From contig OZ024752.1 of assembly GCA_964016885.1 (NCBI GenBank), positions 18,104,001 to 18,168,000 on the forward strand: 64,000 nt of DNA, in the 5' to 3' direction. The stretch is from Eledone cirrhosa (lineage: Eukaryota). The notes below the pieces were generated by a model. The model saw nothing but the letters and a program-made list of their open reading frames with translations. It was not told the origin of the DNA and did not search any database. Each line of letters starts with the position of its first letter. Positions within the stretch are counted from its first letter, which is position 1. The translations under genes were made by a program, and so were the position numbers. This document shows positions 50,839 through 61,345 of this stretch, in pieces.

Positions 50839-51250
50839 ATACAAACGGGAGATGTTAAAAAGTTCCTGGATTTAGGCAAAATACAGGAGGATCAATTAAC
50901 CCTTTAGTATTTAAACCGGCCATATCCAGCCAGAATTCTCTCACCTCTTTCTCTTCAAACCAGTCATATCTGGCCAGAATTCTCTCACCTCTTTCTGTTC
51001 AAACTGGCCAGGTATTGTTCTTAAAATAAATGATATCAAAATCTCATAGATTCGATATTATGTAAGATAAAGCCTTTTCCGCAAAAATACAATAGTATAT
51101 ATAGAGTAATGTGAATGCTAAAGGGTTAATTATGATTTTATTCAACATATTCTCCTCTTTGATTCACACACTTATTACAGCGGTCCTACCTCTCCTGTAA
51201 AGGTAACAATTCTACCATTAAAGCCGGGAACTTTTCAGCACCCCCTTGTA
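50839..51250. mobile_element. Mariner-type MITE interrupted by a TTAA MITE (50896-51129)
   Basis: Ends ta-c...gttaaaaagttcc and ggaacttttcagcacccccttg-ta; the nested element has TTAA-CCCTTTAG / CTAAAGGG-TTAA ends. Confidence 0.65.
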
Positions 51251-51659
51251 CATACATACACACAAATGAGCGACTACACTATCGATAAAATGTTTTATCG
51301 GCAAAGTACAATGCATAGAACAGACAATTGTCTGTTTGATGTGACTGCAATAATTATGAACATCCAATTTATGTTGGCTTCAAATTACCCGGAATGCTTA
51401 AAGAAAATAAAAAATATTTTTTTTTTACTTTAGTTGAGCAAAGGAGCTAATTATTGTTTAAAACTGGAGATTATGTCCCCTGTTCTTATCTAGATCAATA
51501 GCTTAACTGAAGTTTTTGAATGTCCTATTGTATGGTCTCTTTTTATGTTATAGCCCTTCTTAAATTATGCTCCAAACATCATCATAATATTGGGAAAGTT
51601 ATATTACTTACCAAATCCCTTCAAATAGTTGATTATTTTTTTCAAAACTATTTGAAAAT

Positions 51660-51992
51660 CATAGGCAGTGTCTTTTATTAGAAATATGGTAACGAGAGGA
51701 TTAAAGACATAAGCAGTGTCTTTTATTAGAAATATGGTAATAAAAGAGTTAATGACATAGGCAGTGTCTTTCATTAGAAATATGATAATAAATGGGTTAA
51801 AGACATAGGCAATGTCTTTTATTAGAAATATGGTAACAAAAGGGTTAAAGACATAGGCAGTGTTTCATTAGAAATATGGTAATAAAAGAGTTAAAGACAT
51901 AGGCAGTGTCTTTCATTAGAAATATGATAATAAAAGAGTTAAAGACATAGGCAGTGTCTTTCATTAGAAATATGGTAATGAGTGGGTTAAAG
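51660..51992. repeat. Tandem array, ~48-bp unit, about 7 copies, resembling a MITE terminus
   Basis: acataggcagtgtcttttattagaaatatggtaacaaaagggttaaag repeated. Confidence 0.85.
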
Positions 51993-53065
51993 TAAAATAA
52001 ATGCAGCTAAGTACTGAAAACTGTTTAACAGACAGCTCACCAAAAGTTTACATCAACTCCACAAACCTTGTTTAAATGATGTCAATAATTACATGAAGTT
52101 TTGTTATCACAATCTACAGATTGTATATAATTAGAATTTGTTTCCTTTATTCCATTAGCCACTAACTCAACAGAGCAGAATATTGCTGAAGGGGTGAAGG
52201 CTTCAGTTTCAATCACCAGTATCACATCACCATATTTTTGGACAATATATATTATTCTACTTGCCTTATTCCACCTGGTTGGAATGTAGATATATATCTT
52301 ACTTTAAGATAAAGCATTAGAAAAAGTGTGAGTATCTAGCCATAAAATACTTGCTTAACCCATTTGATTCCAAAATGCCTGAAACCGGCTCTGGTTCTAC
52401 AGTACAAAACTGTTTAGTTTAGCCCCTTGGCATTTACATTACTCTATATATACTATTGTATTTTTATGGTAAAGACTTTATCTTGCATAATTATCTCAAA
52501 TAATATCGAATCTATGAGATATTGATGTTATTCATTTTGAGAACAATACCTTAATGTCAGTATGAGTGGCCAGTTACGGCTGGTTTGAACAGAAAGAGGT
52601 GAGAGAATACAGGCCAGATATGGCTGGTTTAAATGCTAAAGTTAACCCATTTAATTCCAAAATGCCAGAAAGTGGCTCTGGTTCCGTTTAGTTTAAAGCA
52701 TATTTATCTAAAGAATGTTCCGTCATAACTATATGTAAGAACCTTTAAGTTATCTTCCAAACATCAGCCTAGTACTGGTTTTTGATTTAGGCACAAGGTC
52801 AACAATTTGGCGGGGATTAACTGCTGGTACTCACTCTCAGCTGAGTGCCCTCGAGAAATGTGGATTAACGTATTTTGTTCAAGAACACAATGCAGCACCC
52901 TGTTCAAGAATTGAACCGATGACATGATCATGTCTAGCATCCTAACCATTAGGCCATGGAACTTCACTTGATTGATACTTTATTTTATTGACTCTGGAAG
53001 GATGAAAGGTAAAGTTGACCTCAGTGGAATTTGAACTCAGGAACAAATATTAATTTGTCCAACAC

Positions 53066-53271
53066 TTAACTCTTTAGCATTTAAACTGGCCATATCCGAC
53101 TAGAGTCTCTCACCTCTTTCTGTTTAAACCAGCTGTAAATGGCTGCTCATACTGATGTTAAAGAATTATTCTCAACATCTCAGATTTAATATGAGATAAT
53201 TATGTAAGATAAAGCCTTTACTACAAAAATACAATAGTATATATAGAGTAACGTAAATACTAAAGGGTTAA
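53066..53271. mobile_element. TTAA MITE, main family (other copies at ~23040-23234, 52420-52645, 54190-54405, 56639-56826, 57995-58172)
   Basis: Same TIRs and body as 3468-3648. Confidence 0.8.
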
Positions 53272-53549
53272 AGAACTCTGCCAATAATGGTTTCTAATTT
53301 ATGCACAAGGCCAACAATATGGGAGAGGAGAAAGTTGATTAAATCAATCCTAGTGCATTACTAGTCCTTTATTTTATCAATCCCAAAAAGATGAAAGGCA
53401 AAGCTAACCGTGGCAAGACTTGAACCCAGAACTCTGTCAAAAATAAAATGATAGAAATAAGCTTACATTGCTGGGCTCAAATTCTCCAATGAGTAAAGTT
53501 TCTGATAGATTGGCTTACTGTCCAGATGAAAAATTGTGTCTCAATCCTT

Positions 53550-54090
53550 CTTCCTCCTACTTCTTCACCCGCTTATTCCTGAGAGGTTTGTGGGGGCAGT
53601 CCTCAAACACTCCTTCCAGCGGGTCCTGTCAGAAGCAACCATGTCCAATTACAATGACTTGATCCCCAAGCTTATGTATGTTATCCAACCATCTTGTTTG
53701 GGTCTCCTGCAGGTTAGTTTTGCCTGTAAAATCTGTCCAGTGATTTTTTCCTGAGACATTCAAACCAAATGCCCATATTATCGTAGCTGCCATCTCTCAA
53801 TTAGAAGTAGCGGCTCTCTGATCTCCTAGCTACGCACTTTATCAAGTAACGTTATTCCAAAAACCTTTTGGAGGAACCCCATTTCGGCCACTTACATTCT
53901 TTCGGTCATTACCCAAGATTCATGACCATAGGTAAGGGTTGGCACGAATACCAAATTGAAGATAGCGAGTTTGGCTTTTACACCTACTTCCCTCTTTCTG
54001 ATTACTGAATGCTGAAGCCGATGCATTACTGCACCAGCTCCCGCAATTCTTGCACTTAATTCAGCCTCTTGCCTTCCATCACTCGTGAAT
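53550..54090 (-). mobile_element. RTE LINE 3' fragment
   Basis: DGRQEAELSARIAGAGAVM...KAKLAIFNLVFVPTLTYGHESWVMTERM. Confidence 0.8.
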
Positions 54091-54740
54091 CCCTTCATTA
54101 TTAAAATAAAATGGATAAGTGCCAGTTCACTATAAAATGTTCTCGTTATCATCATCCTTAACTGCAGTGACAATGGTGATATCATTCATTTAACCCTTTA
54201 GCATTTATTTACTTTTGTATTTTCACGGTAAAAGCTTTACCTCACTTATTATCTCACATAATATCGAATCTATGAGATTTTGATATTATTTATTTTAAGA
54301 ACAATACCTTAACATCAGTATGAGTGGCTGGTTGTAGCCGGTTTGAACAGAAAGAGGTGAGAGAATTCTGGCCTGATACTGCTGGTTTAAATGTTGAAGG
54401 GTTAATATCCATTTTCCCTGCTAACAAGACATGTATAAGAGAAAGTCCATTGATTTTTTTTTTCAACATCCAGTTTTTTTAAATATGGATTAGATGATGG
54501 CCAAGCAAAAATATTTGCAAAGAGATTGTTGGGGTAAGTGTTTTAAAATGGAAGTTCTATTAAAATTAGAAGAAGAATCACAAGTCTAAAACTAGACAGA
54601 TTCAATGCATAACTTTTTAATAAGTAAATTGGCAACAGAGCCTCACAACTTGGGTTTCTTTAAATATATACAGCTTTTCTATATTAACTTATATATCTGC
54701 CAAAATTACTGGATAAAGTTGCTATTCTATTTTTCTCCAG

Positions 54741-56131
54741 ATAACTTGGTATTGCCAGTGAAGGGTATCTATATGCGAAAAATCCTACCATCTTCAAACC
54801 ATGAAAATACTTCCAGGAATCCAAGGAATTTAAAACAAATAACTCCTCATAAAAAACTGAAGATCTTTAAAAGATCTTTGTTTCAAAACCATACCACTCC
54901 AGATGCACATCTCAAAACACCAAGTGGTTTAAAAAACAACACAATAAATTCCACCAATTCCAAAACGCCAAAATTAACAATAATCAACAAACCAAATTAC
55001 AAACTAAAAGCTATTTTAAAATCATTTTCTGGTCAAAAATCTAATATACAGATGTCTGATAATGGTTTTAAAATGAATTCAAAAACAAACACATCCCACC
55101 AACAAAGAATAGCTAATTTGAAAACGTCATCTCCTAAAATGATCAATAAAATTCCAAATACCGATACTGATATAAAGCTAACTGAAAATGGTAGCTACAT
55201 ATCAGATATGTCAAATAATATCTATAAAAACCCTTCCACTAGATACAAATCTTACACACTAAGAAAAAGAAACAAAAGATTTCCTAGATTATCAGCCAAT
55301 CCATATGAATCGGATCCACTGGAATTATCTCAATATCATCCTTTGAAAATTCCTTCCGCTTATTATGGATACAATATTCCAAGAATAGAACCAGGCAATC
55401 TTTTAAAAAAACCTACATTAGTTTCATACAATACCAATACTCTAAAAAATATACCAAAACAATTTGCACCTGCTTCATTGGTTCAGTATGATTCCAACAA
55501 AAAATCAAACAAGTTTTTCATGTTGCCATTCCACCATAGAAGAATAGTACCAAGTTCTATTTTTGAAGTCCCATCTAATGCCTACATATTTTATATCATA
55601 AATACTTTAATAAACAAGCCCTCAGGTATGTCAGTATCAAAATATATACTTGATTCACCAGAAGTAATGCAAAAAATAAGTTTGAGAAACAAAAAAACTG
55701 AATTGAAAATGATGACAAATAGACAGGTAAAACCTCTGTCAGGTAAATACCAAATAGAAAATCCAAATAACTCACCTTATAGATATAGAGCTTTCCTACT
55801 GAACATGGAGTCCAATGAAAACTATAAAACACCCAAATATAATCCCTTTATTCCAGGACTGGTGCCAACAATTCTTCCTAAAATGCCCATTTATGGGTAT
55901 AAACTTTATACGGGAAAAAATGTGGCAAATGATATTTTTAGAAATGTGTTACCTGCAGCATACACAAAAGAACAAAAGCCACTTGTGCTATTTAAAATTC
56001 AACCATCTGTACCTAACATAATTCATGAAATGGAAGTAGGAAACTTTCAAGAGCCTACTGCTAAATATGACCCCTATATAATGAAACAAAAACTCAACTA
56101 TCAGGAGCCACCAACTGGCAGTGCCAGCTAG
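54741..56131 (+). CDS. Terminal exon of the repeat protein (basic, K/N/P/Y/S-rich, low complexity)
   Basis: Acceptor ttttctccag|at is phase 1 and joins 50823 in frame (PRI-D-NLVLPVKG). The frame is open to TAG at 56131. Confidence 0.82.
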
Positions 56132-56519
56132 TGGAAAGCCATTATATATGACAAGGAAACTGGCATCAAACCAATTTGGAACTTACATGCAAGGGAACAT
56201 GTTACATAAACATTATAGAAAACAAAATACTACAGTACTGTCATTACATGATCCTAAAAATAAATTAAATATTTTGAATTTTATTAACTTAAATCATGCA
56301 AATAGAATGAAACCAAATATTACAAATGCTTATATGTCAAATATTATACCAAGATCAAATAATCTTAAGAGAAGAAAACCAAAAACAGTTAGCAAAGCAG
56401 CTGTAATGATGATTAAAAGAAAGTATTCAGATGGTATAGATTTGAATTTAACTTCTACAACAAAACCTTGTGTAAAAGCTATATATTCATTACAAAATAA
56501 ACAAAGTAATTCTTGTTGA
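56118..56519 (+). CDS. Probable frameshifted continuation of the terminal exon
   Basis: An overlapping +1-frame ORF of 132 aa with the same composition; AATAAA at about 56577 follows its stop. Confidence 0.55.
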   Translation, partial: AVPASGKPLYMTRKLASNQFGTYMQGNMLHKHYRKQNTTVLSLHDPKNKLNILNFINLNHANRMKPNITNAYMSNIIPRSNNLKRRKPKTVSKAAVMMIKRKYSDGIDLNLTSTTKPCVKAIYSLQNKQSNSC

Positions 56520-57109
56520 ATAATTATGATTCATGTGAATATAACCACAATAGATATAAATATATATTTCTTAGAAAATAAACACCGACACCCCCATATA
56601 TATATATATGTATAATTTATTTATTTATAGTCATTATATTAACCCATTAGCATTTACATTATTCTATATTCACTATTGTATTTTCATGGTAAAGGATCTA
56701 TCTCAATATTGAATGTATGAGATTTTGATATTTATTTTGAGAACAATACATTAACGTCAGTATGAGTGGCTGGTTTGAACAGATGGAGGTGAGAGAATTC
56801 TGGCTGGTTTAAATGGTAAAGGCTAAATAGTGAGTCTTGTTACTTTGGAGTTTCACATGTTTATCACAGGGTCATTAATATACATACATTAACATGATAC
56901 AAATTTATTTCTTAGAAAATATAACTCACACATACATTAAGATATGGTAGAAATAAAATTATACAAAGAATACATTCATACTTACAAACACATATATATG
57001 TGTGTCAGTAACAACATTCATGCAGGCTAATGGCCAATATATTTATTGCTGTCCTATATTGAAACGTTTGTAGAGTTAAATCATGTAAGTCTAAACCGGT
57101 TATTCATTA

Positions 57110-57145
<36 letters not shown>

Positions 57146-57369
57146 ATGTGTGCATGTCCCTTCAGAAATACATATGAATTTATATTTAATATAAATAATC
57201 ATCAAACTATTCTAAAGAAAGAAGACAAATTCAACCTGCAAAGAGAATTCAACATTTTAACTGAAAAAATTCTATAAAACTAAACAAAAAGAAAGCACAA
57301 AGCATCAATATATATATATAATGTATGTATGTAGATCCTAAGTTAAATCAGGGGTAACAATAGTACATA

Positions 57370-57501
57370 AGGTACTCAATACATTAGTAGTGTAAACATC
57401 AATATTTAATATAGAAATGGCTTCTATATGACTAGACGCGTTTCATTCAAAAGAAATCATCAGGAAAGGATGTTTACATTCTACTAATGTATTGAGTACC
57501 T
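57370..57501 (-). mobile_element. Penelope-like remnant: hammerhead core flanked by ~30-bp inverted repeats
   Basis: Minus strand CUGAUGA-U-UUC(UUUU)GAA-U-GAAAC-GC-GUC at 57435-57463; inverted repeats at 57370-57400 and 57469-57501. Confidence 0.65.
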
Positions 57502-58191
57502 CTCTATCTGTGGTTATCTCTCATTGAACTCAGGACTCACACACACACAGTATTTTTTTTTCAAATATAATCTCTTTACTCACATACTCTTTTACTAGTT
57601 TCAGTCATAATGACTCCAGTACTTATTTTATCAATTTCTATTTTGGCAAACTGGTAAATTATGGGACACAGACAACACACATATATATATTATGTATGCA
57701 AGGCTTCTGCACAGATTGCATCTACCAAATGCCACTCACAAGGCATTCCAGCCTGAGGCTTTAGAAGACATTTGACCAGACAGCCGTGACTGTATTTTTT
57801 CTTTGTTGCAAAAATTATTCTATTTACAAATATAATAACAATAATGTATTACACATTATGGTGATTGTTTAACAGTGTATTATTATGCAAGAATTAATAG
57901 TCCCCAATAAAGAAAGAAATGTCAAAGCAATATAATAGCTTCTTATTTCAACACAAAGTCTGTTTCTTTATTTTGTGAAGGAGAAGGGTTATAATTAACC
58001 CTTTAGCATTTACATTACTCTATATGTATTATTGTATTTTCATGGTAAAGGCTTTATCTCACATAATATCGAATCTATGAGATTTTGATAGTATTTTGAG
58101 AACAATACCTTAATGTTGGTATGAGTGACCGGTTACGGCCGGTTTGAACAGAAAGAGGTGAGAGAATTCTGGCAGGAATTCTCTCACCTCA

Positions 58192-61032
58192 GACCAAATA
58201 TCTGAGAATGTTGGTTTCTACAGATAAGACTGGTACCACATCAAATGTCTGAGAATGTTGGTGTTTACAGACAAGACTGGTACCACATCAAATATCTGAA
58301 AATGTTGGTTTCTACAGACAAGACTGGTACCACACCAAATGTCTGAGAATGTTGGTGTTTACAGACAAGACTGGTACCACATCAAATATCTGAGAATGTT
58401 GGTTTCTACAGACAAGACTGGTACCACATCAAATGTCTGAGAATGTTGGTTTCTACAGACAAGACTGGTACCACATCAAATGTCTGAGAATGTTGGTTTC
58501 TACAGATAAGACTGGTACCACATCAAATGTCTGAGAATGTTGGTGTTTACAGACAAGACTGGTACCACATCAAATATCTGAGAATGTTGGTTTCTACAGA
58601 CAAGACTGGTACCACATCAAATATCTGAGAATGTTGGTTTCTACAGACAAGACTGGTACCACATCAAATGTCTGAGAATGTTGGTTTCTACAGATAAGAC
58701 TGGTACCACATCAAATGTCTGAGAATGTTGGTGTTTACAGACAAGACTGGTACCACATCAAATATCTGAGAATGTTGGTTTCTACAGACAAGACTGGTAC
58801 CGCATCAAATATCTGAGAATGTTGGTTTCTACAGACAAGACTGGTACCACATCAAATGTCTGAGAATGTTGGTGTTTACAGACAAGACTGGTACCACATC
58901 AAATATCTGAGAAGGTTGGTTTCTACAGACAAGACTGGTACCACATCAAATATCTGAGAATGTTGGTGTTTACAGACAAGACTGGTACCACATCAAATGT
59001 CTGAGAATGTTGGTTTCTACAGATAAGACTGGTACCACATCAAATGTCTGAGAATGTTGGTTTCTACAGACAAGACTGGTACCAGATCAAATGTCTGAGA
59101 ATGTTGGTTTCTACAAACAAGACTGGTACCACATCAAATGTCTGAGAATGTTGGTTTCTACAGATAAGACTGGTACCACATCAAATATCTGAGAATGTTG
59201 GTGTTTACAGACAAGACTGGTACCACATCAAATGTCTGAGAATGTTGGTTTCTACAGTCAAGACTGGTACCACATCAAATGTCTGAGAATGTTGGTTTCT
59301 ACAGACAAGACTGGTACCACATCAAATGTCTGAGAATGTTGGTTTCTACAGACAAGACTGGTACCACATCAAATGTCTGAGAATGTTGGTTTCTACAGAT
59401 AAGACTGGTACCACATCAAATGTCTGAGAATGTTGGTGTTTACAGACAAGACTGGTACCACATCAAATATCTGAGAATGTTGGTTTCTACAGACAAGACT
59501 GGTACCGCATCAAATATCTGAGAATGTTGGTTTCTACAGACAAGACTGGTACCACATCAAATGTCTGAGAATGTTGGTGTTTACAGACAAGACTGGTACC
59601 ACATCAAATATCTGAGAAGGTTGGTTTCTACAGACAAGACTGGTACCACATCAAATATCTGAGAATGTTGGTGTTTACAGACAAGACTGGTACCACATCA
59701 AATGTCTGAGAATGTTGGTTTCTACAGATAAGACTGGTACCACATCAAATGTCTGAGAATGTTGGTTTCTACAGACAAGACTGGTACCAGATCAAATGTC
59801 TGAGAATGTTGGTTTCTACAAACAAGACTGGTACCACATCAAATGTCTGAGAATGTTGGTTTCTACAGATAAGACTGGTACCACATCAAATGTCTGAGAA
59901 TGTTGGTTTCTACAGACAAGACTGGTACCAGATCAAATGTCTGAGAATGTTGGTTTCTACAAACAAGACTGGTACCACATCAAATGTCTGAGAATGTTGG
60001 TTTCTACAAACAAGACTGGTACCACATCAAATGTCTGAGAATGTTGGTTTCTACAGATAAGACTGGTACCACATCAAATATCTGAGAATGTTGGTGTTTA
60101 CAGACAAGACTGGTACCACATCAAATGTCTGAGAATGTTGGTTTCTACAGACAAGACTGGTACATCAAATATCTGAGAATGTTGGTGTTTACAGACAAGA
60201 CTGGTACCACATCAAATATCTGAGAATGTTGGTTTCTACAGACAAGACTGGTACCACATCAAATGTCTGAGAATGTTGGTGTTTACAGACAAGACTGGTA
60301 CCACATCAAATATCTGAGAATGTTGGTTTCTACAGACAAGACTGGTACCCGATCAAATGTCTGAGAATGTTGGTTTCTACAGACAAGACTGGTACCACAT
60401 CAAATATCTGAGAATGTTGGTGTTTACAGACAAGACTGGTACCACATCAAATGTCTGAGAATGTTGGTTTCTACAGACAAGACTGGTACCACATCAAATA
60501 TCTGAGAATGTTGGTGTTTACAGACAAGACTGGTACCACATCAAATGTCTGAGAATGTTGGTTTCTACAGACAAGACTGGTACCACATCAAATATCTGAG
60601 AATGTTGGTGTTTACAGACAAGACTGGTACCACATCAAATGTCTGAGAATGTTGGTTTCTACAGATAAGACTGGTACCACATCAAATATCTAGAATGTTG
60701 GTTTCTACAGACAAGACTGGTACCACATCAAATATCTGAGAATGTTGGTGTTTACAGACAAGACTGGTACCACATCAAATATCTGAGAATGTTGGTTTCT
60801 ACAGACAAGACTGGTACCACATCAAATGTCTGAGAATGTTGGTGTTTACAGACAAGACTGGTACCACATCAAATATCTGAGAATGTTGGTTTCTACAGAC
60901 AAGACTGGTACCACATCAAATATCTGAGAATGTTGGTGTTTACAGACAAGACTGGTACCACATCAAATATCTGAGAATGTTGGTTTCTACAGACAAGACT
61001 GGTACCATATCAACTGCCTGAGAATGTTGGTT
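58192..61032. repeat. Minisatellite, 47-bp unit TCTGAGAATGTTGGTTTCTACAGACAAGACTGGTACCACATCAAATG, about 60 copies
   Basis: Period 47 (58201, 58248, ...), no spacers. Confidence 0.97.
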
Positions 61033-61149
61033 AAACATACAACTGAAGAACGAGGATCTGCAGTAATTTGAAAGGAATAAATTGTGAATAGTTTTCTTGG
61101 CTGTTAAATGAATTTTGCAAGCATAACCAAGTAGAGGATATCAAAAACA

Positions 61150-61345
61150 TTCACAGATGTATGCTTGGATGTCTGTAGCAGACATGCACTAGATGTATAT
61201 ATGGGTGTCTATAACAGATATACACCAGATGTATCTATGAATGTCTATACAGACATACACGAGATGTATCTACGAATGTCTTTTCAGACATACGCCAGAT
61301 GTATCTATGAGTGTCTATACAGACATACACCAGATGTATCTATGG
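61150..61345. repeat. Degenerate ~35-bp tandem repeat (agacatacaccagatgtatctatgaatgtctatac), about 5 copies
   Basis: Directly visible. Confidence 0.8.

Noticed and set aside
43836-50858. Identification of the Met-rich ORF as reflectin, suckerin, mucin or collagen, or as a stand-alone single-exon gene
   Set aside because: It lacks the reflectin M/F-D-X5 Tyr/Trp-rich motif, GGY modules, S/T dominance and G-X-Y triplets. Splice signals show the ORF-track start and stop are not the real ends.
54605-54740. N-terminal 45 aa of the 508-aa ORF
   Set aside because: It lies upstream of the ttttctccag acceptor and has intron-like composition.
58192-61032. 47-bp repeat as a CRISPR array or coding repeat
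   Set aside because: No spacers, the unit length is not a multiple of 3, and the ORF track shows no ORF across it.
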